A stretch of 64,000 bases of DNA, from NCBI GenBank assembly GCA_965372795.1, contig CBDVDR010000002.1:32001-96000 (forward strand), in the 5' to 3' direction. How positions within the stretch are numbered: position 1 is the stretch's first letter; each line of letters starts with the position of its first letter. Origin of the DNA: an uncultured bacterium. GTDB lineage: Bacteria; Zixibacteria; MSB-5A5; GN15; FEB-12. A model generated the notes under the pieces. That model did no database searches, was not told the DNA's origin, and was given only the letters and a program-made list of their open reading frames with translations. Below, one piece after another: positions 48,074 through 58,500 of this stretch. Both the position numbers and the translations under genes were made by a program.

Positions 48074-49225
48074 ATGAAAAATTTAATTATTATTATTTTT
48101 ATCTTTATCCATTGTTCGGTTAGTGCTGCAATCGTCCGCAATAACACCGGCACCGTCACCTCGCATGACTCCTTGTCATTTCTATTTTATGCTGTCGATT
48201 CGCTCGGCAATCCCACCACCGCCGACTCATTATTTATCGTATCAACAAATCCCGGTGGAACGATTGCCTATAAAGATTCGATGGCAATCTCAAACAGCCG
48301 GATCAGATCTACCACCATCAGATCAAAACAATTCTATTCCTTTTCTGATCAGGTTTCAAATCTGGATGGTTCCGGTAATCAGGGCGTCTATTCATTAACT
48401 CTGCTGGCATACCAAAGCAGCCAAAGTTTACTGACCCCAAATAATTTTACTTTCCAGATTATTTCATCTGAGTTCTCCCGTCAAATTGCCTCAATCAATG
48501 ATTCGGTCAACATCAAAGGCGGCATCATAGATTCAACCATGATTGCCGCCTCAGTCTGGAATGCTCCCCAATCCAATCATACTATAAACTCAACCTTTGG
48601 AAAATATCTGGACTCTGAGATTTCAGGGCTGACCTCCGGTTCGGGAGCCTTCTCCGTCAAACTGGTTACCATTGATTCTTCCACAAACCAGATGATCCCC
48701 GGAACCAATCTTACCATTCGAAACTTGATGCAAAATTCTCTGATTGCTATTGGAAATACTAATTCCAACGGAGAGGCATCTTTTAACTTAGATGCTGACA
48801 GTTTTACCGTCATACCAATTTTACATGGATATATCTTTGAACCTTTTGATACTTTGGTGATAACCGGATCAACAACGGATACTTTGTTGGCTCATAAATT
48901 TAATCCCGGAACTCCGGCCTCACCCGCTTTGTGCCGGATGTATGGCTGGGTTTTTAATATCGATGGCACCGTTGCCAACAGCACCGTAATTACCGCCTCG
49001 ATTCCTGCTGTAAATGTTACTTACTTAAATTCTGTAATCTCAACCCAGGAAATCACAACTGTGACAGATTCAGCCGGATATTTTTATCTCGATCTGATCC
49101 CTTCGAATTTACTGACCCCGGTTGATTCAAAATATGAAATTACAGTCAGCCGTAAAAACGGATCGATCATGAGAACGAGAATACTGATCCCCGAATTAGG
49201 GAGTTGGATGTTTCAACCTCAATAA
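48074..49225 (+). CDS. Secreted multi-domain beta-rich protein with carboxypeptidase-regulatory-like domains
   Basis: Likely start ATG 48074 with signal peptide; IAASVWNAPQSNHTINSTFGKYLD; TNSNGEASFNL; TDSAGYFYLDL. Confidence 0.6.
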   Translation: MKNLIIIIFIFIHCSVSAAIVRNNTGTVTSHDSLSFLFYAVDSLGNPTTADSLFIVSTNPGGTIAYKDSMAISNSRIRSTTIRSKQFYSFSDQVSNLDGSGNQGVYSLTLLAYQSSQSLLTPNNFTFQIISSEFSRQIASINDSVNIKGGIIDSTMIAASVWNAPQSNHTINSTFGKYLDSEISGLTSGSGAFSVKLVTIDSSTNQMIPGTNLTIRNLMQNSLIAIGNTNSNGEASFNLDADSFTVIPILHGYIFEPFDTLVITGSTTDTLLAHKFNPGTPASPALCRMYGWVFNIDGTVANSTVITASIPAVNVTYLNSVISTQEITTVTDSAGYFYLDLIPSNLLTPVDSKYEITVSRKNGSIMRTRILIPELGSWMFQPQ

Positions 49226-49262
49226 AAAAGCATCATATCTGATTTTTTGGGTTGAACCTTTG

Positions 49263-49595
49263 AATGTTCTGTAGGTTTTGTTTCTTGGGTGGCACCCTCA
49301 AACTTGTTTGGGGGTGTTGATACTGATTTAAATTCTGTTGATATTGTCTCATCAATGTTCTGTTGGGTCTTGATTTACCAAAGGTAAATTGTGACCCGAC
49401 AGCAACCCCCCGCCCCTGCTAAATTCTGTTAAAATTGATTCTTGAATGTTCTGTTAGCCCTGTCTCATCTATGTTCTGTTGGGTCTTGATTTACCAAAGG
49501 TAAATTGTGACCCGACAGCCAAACCCCCACCCGACTAAATTCTTATATGTTCTGTTGGGTCTTGATTTACCAAAGGTAAATTGTGACCCGACAGC
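49263..49595. repeat. Cluster of palindromic REP-like repeats including three identical 49-bp copies
   Basis: ATGTTCTGTTGGGTCTTGATTTACCAAAGGTAAATTGTGACCCGACAGC at 49355, 49471 and 49547; another hairpin GTGGCACCCTCAAAC-tt-GTTTGGGGGTGT at 49289-49317. Confidence 0.8.
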
Positions 49596-49616
49596 AAAAC
49601 CCCGCCTCGCTAACTC

Positions 49617-51734
49617 CTAATAAACCGGATCACTAACGTGTCCAAATAGGAAATTCACATAATAAATCAAATCTGCAATATTAATATTATCATCCCCGTT
49701 AGCATCAGCTCGGAAAGCTCCGCCTATGGGTGGCACATCATGAGACACTATATAAGCCTGAAGCATTATGAAATCATTGATATTCGCAATACCATCATCA
49801 TCATAATCACCCGGCTGAAATGTCTCAAAACATTCGTATTTTAATAAGACTGAAGAATACTCCGAGTTATTTCCTTTGATACCTTTGGCAGTGAAGAAAT
49901 AAGGTGTCCCTTCAACCAGATCAATCGGTGTCCAGTTAAACGCCCAGCCTATAGAACCATCTTCATCAGATCCTAACAGATTTCGGGTTACAGCCCAGTT
50001 ATCAGAGTCGATTGTAAACATACGATCAATCTTTTGCCAGATACCATTATGTAAAACCTCACTGATACCAAAACTAACTCTGATAGGCAGATCAACTATC
50101 GAACCGGATATCGGATCAGAAACAGAAATAGTATAAGACCCTTGATTATCAATCCATCCTGTAAAGCCATCTAAGGCAAACCAAATCCCGGGTTCTCCGC
50201 CCAATCCGATCATGACTGCTTTTTGATTATTCTCAAGTTCATTTCTGATCTCAAAATAATTTGGATTCCTGGCATAATTTACCTTGGGATGCGCGATTCC
50301 TATACTGGCGAAATAATTTATCATCCCCATAAACATATCTTCATCATACGTCCCCGAATTCAAACGGGTAAGAAATCGTCCGGCAAGATGCTCAACCAAT
50401 TCATCAAGGGTTACCTGAACATCATTTATTTTCATCATGTCAGTAAATCCGCGATCAGCCCACATCTGAATTGCAAGGGCGGCTGCTATTGGAGCATTAT
50501 AAAATACTCCTGATTCACCGCCGAATTGTGACTGGTCAAGAGTGTCCAAACCAACCGAATAATTAACTTCTGTGGGTTGTAAATAAATTTCAACTAAATC
50601 CATATTTTCAGGACTGTTATTCATTAGAAGTTCTATGTTTTCGCAGAAATCAAAACCATTTAATGGTGAAGTTATGTTAGGAGTTGGAATCGTGGGAAAC
50701 AAAAAGACGTTGGTAATTGAATCTATCGAAACTCTTTTCAAGGTATCTGTCGCTACAGCTCTAAAATCGTAAAGGGTCGAGGTAAGTAATGATGGGTCCC
50801 AAACAACCGAAAACCCGTCGCCATTACCATTGTCATTAACTCCATCTCGAAGTGGGGTATAGCCGTCAAAATCACTGTCAATTTCTATAAAATCATTTTG
50901 ACCGGCAAGAGAATATTGAAATGAAACATTTTCTATAATATTAGAACCGGATAGTTCCTGTGCCCAGAATGTCATCGGACCAAAAATTGCACCGAGCGGT
51001 TGTTGAATTACAAATTTTATCATAGGCGGTGGTTCATAATCACAATTGCCGCCTCCCGGAAATCCTCCGGCAAACATTATTGTACGACCCAAAAAACCAC
51101 GCGTTGCAAGATCAACCATCCCGGTATCTACATCCCACCAGTTATAAGAAACACAAAATTCAAGATCATCAACTTTATCGGTTATTAAATCAGGTCCGGC
51201 TTCCACCGTTGCGACATCATGAAGATAGACGCCTGCAAAAAACGGTTCATTAACTACGATTGGAGAATCTAATTCAATTACTATATCCCATAATCCACTG
51301 TCACTTACCGTTACTTCAAAAGCAGAAGTAATACTGATTGTTTGTCCAACCTGGGTACAACCCGGATCAGAATAATTCACAGAAGCAATCTCAGCTGTAA
51401 AGGTATCAACCGTTGCCGCTTTATATAGTAAATAGAAATGTACCTCAGTTATAGTATATGGATAAGCCGCGTCACAGGACCGACAGGGATCAAGATAAAC
51501 GTGATACCATTCCACGCCGGTAACCCAGTTGCCATAACCAAATATTTCACCGGTATCGCCAACATCATGCCTGACACTACAGGTGTCAGCCAGAAGGAAA
51601 TTCGGTGGGATTTTCAATTTGTTGACCTGAGCGGGTGAGACCTTATAAGGTTCAATAAATTCAGGTTTTTCGGCATTACTTAATTGAATTGCAAATACTA
51701 TTATGAGAAATATAAATAAAGCTGTTTTTTTCAA
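49617..51734 (-). CDS. Secreted multidomain protein with C39-peptidase-like (likely inactive) and C-terminal dockerin-like domains
   Basis: Signal peptide; Ig-like domains; YNAPIAAALAIQMW; C-terminal PGDYDDDGIANINDF...ADANGDDNINIADLIYYVNFLF. Confidence 0.7.
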   Translation of the reverse strand: MKKTALFIFLIIVFAIQLSNAEKPEFIEPYKVSPAQVNKLKIPPNFLLADTCSVRHDVGDTGEIFGYGNWVTGVEWYHVYLDPCRSCDAAYPYTITEVHFYLLYKAATVDTFTAEIASVNYSDPGCTQVGQTISITSAFEVTVSDSGLWDIVIELDSPIVVNEPFFAGVYLHDVATVEAGPDLITDKVDDLEFCVSYNWWDVDTGMVDLATRGFLGRTIMFAGGFPGGGNCDYEPPPMIKFVIQQPLGAIFGPMTFWAQELSGSNIIENVSFQYSLAGQNDFIEIDSDFDGYTPLRDGVNDNGNGDGFSVVWDPSLLTSTLYDFRAVATDTLKRVSIDSITNVFLFPTIPTPNITSPLNGFDFCENIELLMNNSPENMDLVEIYLQPTEVNYSVGLDTLDQSQFGGESGVFYNAPIAAALAIQMWADRGFTDMMKINDVQVTLDELVEHLAGRFLTRLNSGTYDEDMFMGMINYFASIGIAHPKVNYARNPNYFEIRNELENNQKAVMIGLGGEPGIWFALDGFTGWIDNQGSYTISVSDPISGSIVDLPIRVSFGISEVLHNGIWQKIDRMFTIDSDNWAVTRNLLGSDEDGSIGWAFNWTPIDLVEGTPYFFTAKGIKGNNSEYSSVLLKYECFETFQPGDYDDDGIANINDFIMLQAYIVSHDVPPIGGAFRADANGDDNINIADLIYYVNFLFGHVSDPVY

Positions 51735-51906
51735 AATTATAATCTCCTAAGATATTTATAAATAACTCTGTACTGTTGATTATCGTGCATTTTTAACTAT
51801 ACTTGACGGTGAAGTTAAAAAAAAATAACTCAGAAAATTTATATCTGAATTGTGCAGAAAATGAACACTGAATAATGAGTCCAAAATTTGATAAAAGTTA
51901 ATAAAA

Positions 51907-52755
51907 TTGGATAAAAAACCTCCCTGGCTTAAAGTTAATCCTTTTACCGGTAAGGGATATGATCAGGTCAATTCCCTTTTAAAGAAGTACGGACTCAATA
52001 CCGTTTGTCATGAAGCTAATTGCCCGAATCGAGGAGAATGCTTCAACCGCGGCACAGCAACCTTTCTGATCCTGGGACCGGTTTGCTCAAGAAATTGCAG
52101 ATTTTGCAATGTTAACAGCGGTAAACCGGAAAACGTCAAACTCGATGAACCGGAAATGGTCGCCAAAGCTTCAAAAGAATTAAAGCTGAAACATATCGTG
52201 GTAACTTCTGTTACCCGTGATGATCTTCCCGATGGCGGCGCAAATCAGTTTGCCCTGACCATAAATCATCTTAAAAAATATCTGCCCGAAAGTTCAATCG
52301 AAGTCCTGACCCCGGATTTCAAACATTGTCCCAAAGCGGTCGATCTTATCATTAAAGCCCAACCGCATATTTTCAATCATAATATAGAAACAGTCAAAAG
52401 TCTGTATCCCAAAGTCAGACCGGCTGCTGAATATAAAACTTCTTTGAATCTTTTGAAATATGTTAAAGACAATTCCGACATCATAACCAAATCAGGAATC
52501 ATGGTCGGACTCGGTGAATCGTTTGACCAGCTGAAAATTACTTTTGATGACCTTGCCTCTCACGGTGTTTCGGTGCTGACCATCGGACAATATTTAGCCC
52601 CTTCAAAAGAACATCTGAAAATTGAAAGATTTGTGACACCCGATGAATTTGACACCCTAAAAGAGTCAGCGGAAGCATCCGGTATAAAAAAAGTACAATC
52701 CTCGCCCTTGGTTCGTTCATCTTATAAAGCCGATATGGTTGTTAACCCATACTGA
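51907..52755 (+). CDS. lipA: Lipoyl synthase
   Basis: CHEANCPNRGEC, CSRNCRFC, RDDLPDGGA, TKSGIMVGLGE, VRSSY. Confidence 0.97.
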   Translation: MDKKPPWLKVNPFTGKGYDQVNSLLKKYGLNTVCHEANCPNRGECFNRGTATFLILGPVCSRNCRFCNVNSGKPENVKLDEPEMVAKASKELKLKHIVVTSVTRDDLPDGGANQFALTINHLKKYLPESSIEVLTPDFKHCPKAVDLIIKAQPHIFNHNIETVKSLYPKVRPAAEYKTSLNLLKYVKDNSDIITKSGIMVGLGESFDQLKITFDDLASHGVSVLTIGQYLAPSKEHLKIERFVTPDEFDTLKESAEASGIKKVQSSPLVRSSYKADMVVNPY

Positions 52756-52868
52756 CAACCTTACGTAGCTCAATAATTAAACAATAATCATTCGTACGGT
52801 ATTTTTAATAAACTCTTATCCGATAAGATTCCTGTAACGAACAATAAATCTGTTAATCAGGAGTCGTC

Positions 52869-54383
52869 TTGAAAAATAAATCTGACATAGAAATTCTGGT
52901 TGTAGATGATGAAAAATATATTTGCGGGATCATAGAGGAATCTCTGGACCCTGATTATAAAAACATTACTACCATGACTTCACCGGAAAAAGCGTTAGAG
53001 CATATCAAGAACAATCGGGTTGATCTGGTTTTAACCGATTTAGTGATGGGTGAAAAATCAGGAGTCAATGTTCTGGATACAACCTTTGAATATCATAAAG
53101 ATGCGGTCGTTATTTTAATGACGGCTCATCCAACCGTCCAGACGGCTATTACTGTTCTGAGAAAAGGTGCCTATGATTTTCTGGTCAAACCTTTCCGCCT
53201 TGAAACTTTAAAATCAACCATTAAACGCGGTCTTGAACATCAGCGTATTATTCGCGAAAATTTAAGTCTACAGGGACAGGTTGATTTCCTGAAATTAACT
53301 CAGGCTAACACTCACGGTGTTGATATTGAATCACACCTGACTATGGTAGCTAATTTCTGCCGGAAAGAATTTAATGCTGTTGGGGTTTCGCTGATTCATG
53401 TGAATCATGAAGATAACTCAATCCTGCGCTCTATTGTTGATTGTGACAGTAATTCAAAATCTATCGAACTGACCGATGAATCGCTGGTCAAACAATTTTA
53501 TTTCACCAAATCTTCAAAACCGATTATTCATGAATCAATTCTTGGCGATGAAAAAAGCCAGAATAAAAGAATCTTTATTTCAAAACCGATTTTTGAACGA
53601 AGAAAACTTCACGGTGTCCTTAATGTTTTAATTGAAGCAAGATTCGCAAAAGTAAATCCCGGACAGATTGACCTGCTCTCAATTATTACCAGTTCCGCCG
53701 CCTCGGCTTTAGCAACCAATAAATTATATGATGACTTGGAAACATCATACCTCCAGGCTATCAAAGGTCTCGCCAAAGCTATTGAGGCAAGAGATGAATA
53801 TACCGCCGGCCATACTGATCGCGTAACTAAGATTGCCGAAGCTATTGCCAATTATCTCGGGTGGAATGATACTGAAATCAGGGGTCTCATCATGGGTTGT
53901 ACAATTCATGATATTGGAAAACTCGGCGTACCCGATTCTATTCTTTCAAAACCGGGTAAATTAACCGATGAAGAAGCAAAAATTATGCAGACCCATCCCG
54001 AAGTTGGTTTGAAAATTATTCAGGATATTGATCTGTTGAAACCGGCGATTCCCTATGTCTCATGTCACCATGAGTGGTATAACGGCAATGGCTACCCCAA
54101 TGGATTTAAGGGGGAAGAGATACCGATAGAGGGCCGACTGCTGACTATCGCTGATACCTTTGATGCTATTATTTCAGATCGTCCCTATCGTAAAGGGAAC
54201 AGTGAGGAAGTTGCCGTAAATGAACTTGTTAAATATTCCGGGATCCAATTCGACCCGTCGCTGGTTGGCAGCTTTTTAGATATGTTAAGATCGGATTTAA
54301 TAAATTTAAAAGAATACTATAATCGGGATTTTGATTTCAGCTTTCTCGATCAGGTCATTGTTACTGAAAAGGTATCGGTGTAA
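52869..54383 (+). CDS. Response regulator with REC, GAF-like and HD-GYP domains (c-di-GMP phosphodiesterase)
   Basis: ILVVDDE/LTD/KPF receiver; YTAGHTDRV, HDIGK, HHEWYNGNGYP, ADTFDA..RPYR. Confidence 0.92.
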   Translation: MKNKSDIEILVVDDEKYICGIIEESLDPDYKNITTMTSPEKALEHIKNNRVDLVLTDLVMGEKSGVNVLDTTFEYHKDAVVILMTAHPTVQTAITVLRKGAYDFLVKPFRLETLKSTIKRGLEHQRIIRENLSLQGQVDFLKLTQANTHGVDIESHLTMVANFCRKEFNAVGVSLIHVNHEDNSILRSIVDCDSNSKSIELTDESLVKQFYFTKSSKPIIHESILGDEKSQNKRIFISKPIFERRKLHGVLNVLIEARFAKVNPGQIDLLSIITSSAASALATNKLYDDLETSYLQAIKGLAKAIEARDEYTAGHTDRVTKIAEAIANYLGWNDTEIRGLIMGCTIHDIGKLGVPDSILSKPGKLTDEEAKIMQTHPEVGLKIIQDIDLLKPAIPYVSCHHEWYNGNGYPNGFKGEEIPIEGRLLTIADTFDAIISDRPYRKGNSEEVAVNELVKYSGIQFDPSLVGSFLDMLRSDLINLKEYYNRDFDFSFLDQVIVTEKVSV

Positions 54384-55461
54384 AAGATAAAAAGAATATT
54401 AATGCCGATACCAGAGCCAATATTTTTGCTTCTCTGGGAATAACAATTCGATCATCCAAAGTAGGGGGATGGTTGACGCCGAAAACAAATCCGAAAACGG
54501 CAAAGACCCACCAGACCGTAGATTGAAATCCAAGAATCACCAGTCCGACCATTGCAATTTTTCCGATATAATGCTGGCGCTGTTTTAAAACCCCATATAA
54601 AATATGTCCGCCGTCAAGCTGACCGATAGGCAGTAAATTTATCGCTGTAACCAGCATCCCTACCCATCCGGCAAAAGCCGCCTCCCCAAGTCGGTAAAAC
54701 ATTCCCTCCGGTGCGGTTCCCACAATGTTCAGCGTCAAAATTCTCATCAACAGTGATTCACCCTCCATCGAGAAAGCCATTTCTCCCGGAATAATTTGAT
54801 CGGCTGAAATTATTTCGGTCTGAGTCAACCCAAACATCAGCCAGAAAAAGGCAACCACCCATCCGGCGATCGGTCCCCAGGCACCAACCTCAATCAGATC
54901 GCGTCGATTCCAAAACGGAGATTTCGATTTTATTATCGCCCCGAACGTCCCGATAAAATTCGGTGCCGGAATAAAATAGGGCCACGAGGTTATAATATTG
55001 CGCCGTCGGCTCGCAACAAAATGTCCCATCTCGTGCACAAACAAAATAGAAATCAGAGCCAGTGTAAATATTATGCCATCACCTTTGGCAAGGTCGGAAA
55101 ATGTATTTTCAAGAACAATGTCAAATTCAGTAACGACCAGATTTTTGATCAGGACCGGAATAACATAAACGGTAAACAAAGTCACAAAGAATAAAATAAT
55201 ATTTAACGGAGGTATCTTTTTTTTCGTAATCGGGTCAATCGTCAGAAGAATGACTTCACTGCTGTCATCGAATTTGAATTGATAACCGGCGAGTTTCAAT
55301 CTCTCTTTGATATGTTTTAAGACTTTTGCTGGTTCATAAGGCGTGGTCAAGCTGAAAACAATATTTTGGTTTTGACGGTAAGTGGAGCTGATCTCAAAAA
55401 GGTCTTTGAGCAGATCGGTGATTGTCGCTATATCTTTATCAGTTGACATCATCATGACCAA
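54361..55461 (-). CDS. Site-2 protease family (M50) membrane metalloprotease
   Basis: HEMGH, GTFGA, GPIAG, NLLPIGQLDGGH; multiple TM helices. Confidence 0.92.
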   Translation of the reverse strand: MVMMMSTDKDIATITDLLKDLFEISSTYRQNQNIVFSLTTPYEPAKVLKHIKERLKLAGYQFKFDDSSEVILLTIDPITKKKIPPLNIILFFVTLFTVYVIPVLIKNLVVTEFDIVLENTFSDLAKGDGIIFTLALISILFVHEMGHFVASRRRNIITSWPYFIPAPNFIGTFGAIIKSKSPFWNRRDLIEVGAWGPIAGWVVAFFWLMFGLTQTEIISADQIIPGEMAFSMEGESLLMRILTLNIVGTAPEGMFYRLGEAAFAGWVGMLVTAINLLPIGQLDGGHILYGVLKQRQHYIGKIAMVGLVILGFQSTVWWVFAVFGFVFGVNHPPTLDDRIVIPREAKILALVSALIFFLSFTPIPFQ

Positions 55462-55502
55462 TTATACGTGATTGAAATTTAGATAGGTAATTAAAATATA
55501 AT

Positions 55503-55535
55503 AAAAAAAGCGGGGACAATTAAGTCCCCGCCTTT
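55503..55535 (-). terminator. Intrinsic terminator of the 1669-aa gene
   Basis: Minus strand GCGGGGAC-ttaatt-GTCCCCGC followed by TTTTTTT. Confidence 0.8.
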
Positions 55536-55562
55536 ATCTATGATAAAGTATCTAATCGAAGA

Positions 55563-58500
55563 TTAGAGTACCCAATCACCTGCAGGACATGCGCCACAGT
55601 TGAAGTAGTAGTCGATCAAGAAAGTTACATCGCCACCATCAACAGCGGAGTCATTATTAACATCACCAAGATGTTCAAAAGGTATCGGACCGTTTCCGCC
55701 AGCATTGACGTAAGCAGCCAGATAAATTATGTCACCAAGAGTAATGGAACCTGAGTTGTCGACATCACCACGTCCAAAACCAGCCCATTTGTTTACCATA
55801 TGAGCTAAAGGACCGATCTCTGCACCAACTAATGCATCAGCCATTCCAGCGATATGGAATGTTGCTACACCAACTGTATAAGTTTCGTTTGGAGCAAAGT
55901 CATGAGCATCAATAGAGATATGGATCTGTTGATCACCATCGCTCATTTGCTCAGTAGTTTGATCGCCAGGACCGAGATTACAGTAGCCATAGGCTGAATC
56001 CATGTATACCGGCCATTCCCAGAAACCACCATAACCTTGAAGACCAACGACGTTAATTAATGGAGTACCATCGCATTCGCCAAATGGAATCTTAATTGAT
56101 CCCCAGGCAGCGCTGTTTCCACCATCAAGTGCCCAACCAGCCGAGAATGATTGGTCGATACCAACGGTATCAGAACCAAGATCACAATCGAAGAAATGAG
56201 CTAAACGCCATCCAGGTACGGCATTGCCATTACGTTCGGTAATGTCCATGATTTCGAGAGTCATATTAGCTAACTCAGGAACATCAAGAACACCGATTGT
56301 ACGGGCGTTGACATAGAGACCCATGGTTGAGTCATTGTCAAACGGAGCACCGTAAGCTGTCCAATCCCAGGTTCCTGTGCCATCATCGAAATTCTGGACA
56401 GAATCAAGGTACGAACGACAAACGATATTACCGACCATAGGAGCATAACCGGAACCATCCCACATTGCGCCAACATCGACACCAGCCTGTAAGGCAGGAG
56501 TACATTCGTTGTCACAGTAGTTAGGATCTGGTTGCATTGATACGAGAGCATCATTAGTACCGGACCAGTCATTTGTATGGGTAGCAACTCTATGTTGGCT
56601 AACTCCGTACAAATATGAACCCTGGTAATAAGATCCTGCGTCGCCATCAATTTCAAAACCGTGCGGAACCCAGTCACCATCGCCTAAGCGACCTGTGTTA
56701 GTTGCCAGCTGGATGTTAGCTCCACCAACACCAAAGAGTAATCTTGTGGTATCGATTAAGCAGCCACCAGTAAGGGTAACTTCAACTTCAGGAAGCGCAG
56801 TAGGATCATTCAGGAAGAAATCAGGATCGTTAGTCTCAAATTCAATGAAGAATCTTTGAGGACCACGGAAGATTGCTGACTGAATAACATCAACAACGAG
56901 ATTTACATCTTCACCAGGAGCGACAAATTGTCCACTTACTGGAGATATAATACCGTTGATGAATGTTGGGAAAGCCGAAACGGCTGGATTAGTTTCAACG
57001 TTGTTTGCACGAACGTCGATTCCATCAGAAATTTCAACAGAAGCATAAGCTTTTACAAAGCCGATGTCTACCATGCTGTTGGCAATGGAAGAAACTCTGT
57101 TGAGGTCATCGTTTGAAATAGCGGAGAAACCAGGATTGGTATGACCGTTAGTTTCATCATTAACGATAACATCTATCATTTCAAGATCTGTACAACCGGT
57201 GTTAGTAAACAACGGTCCAAGATCTGCAATCAATGAAGGAAGAGCACCAAACTCAATTGGACCACCTGGACTATAGGTGTAGAATTCCATACGAGCGCGG
57301 TCTTCGCCTTTAGACATTGAAATTAAGTTGCCATAGAAAGTAGCGTACACTAATTGTGGAGCGCCAGTACCATCAGCAACGAGAGCACCCGTACCGCCTA
57401 AGCTGTTCGGGAATCCGCCATTGTCGATACGACGTCTGTAAACTGGTGTACCATCTTCAGCATTGTAGCAAATGAGGAAGCCGTCTTCATCAAATGTATA
57501 CAGAAGATCTGCGACGCCATCAGGTTCGCAAGAAAGAACCAGATCAGCACCGTAGATACGACCTCTGGTTGGTCCGCTCAAACCGAAATCAGCTGCGCCA
57601 CTGTGGCGATTGAAAGCGATTACGGAAGCACCACCGGCAACACCGTGAGTGATCCAACGTGAAGTAGTCGGAACATAACAACGGTTAATGTCAGCAGTTA
57701 CAGATTGAGTCAAAGGACGTGCAGACTGAGAAGCGGTTCCATCGATTAATTGACCATTAGAGGCATCAATGCGATAGAAAACACCATCAACTGGGTGTTC
57801 ACCGAAACATCTTGAGTTAGCATACAGGTTGCCCATATAATAAGCAGCTGCGCCTTCAAAACCTTCGTCTCCACCGTCATAGTCAACACCATAAATAGTA
57901 GTTGCTTGTAATCCGCCGGCTGCAGAAAGCTGCCAGTTGATTACACCAGTTGCGGCATCGATTGAATAGATGTCACCTTCAGCAGCGGCTGAATATGTAC
58001 CTACAAAGATCGATACGCCATCGGTAGAACCTGATTTATTACAGTTCTGTCCGAGGGCGACCGGGTTAACAGCCCAACCGGTAAATACTTCACCAGTTGT
58101 AGCTTCAAGAGCAACAACGTTTCCGGCTTCAGTAGTGTAATATAATACTTGTTCACCGGCAATATCCAGAATGATAGAAGGCATATAGCGAACTACACCG
58201 AATAATCCAGCAAATCCATGAGTATTAATATCACGTGTCCATACCATGGCACCAGTTGCAAGATCCCAACATGAGACAGCTTGCTGGTCACCACCGGATA
58301 CGAAGAATACTGGTCCTTCTGCAAGACCTATATCTGCAGCGGTTACCAATGTACGGATGCCTGCACCCATAATTGGAGGACCTGTAGAAATAGTATACAG
58401 AGGAGAACCGGATGCACGGTCAAAAACCATTATTTCAACTTCAAAAGCTTGAATAATGTAATCACCGTATACAGTTGGTCCAGTGAATGTAGCACCCTGT

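Noticed and set aside
36370..49225. Complete inducible prophage or encapsulin locus
   Set aside because: No integrase, replication, tail or endolysin genes or att repeats were recognised; portal and terminase argue against an encapsulin.
49355..49595. Possible CRISPR array (three identical palindromic repeats)
   Set aside because: Repeats are 49 bp, the gaps are 67 and 27 nt and partly similar to each other, and there are no cas genes.
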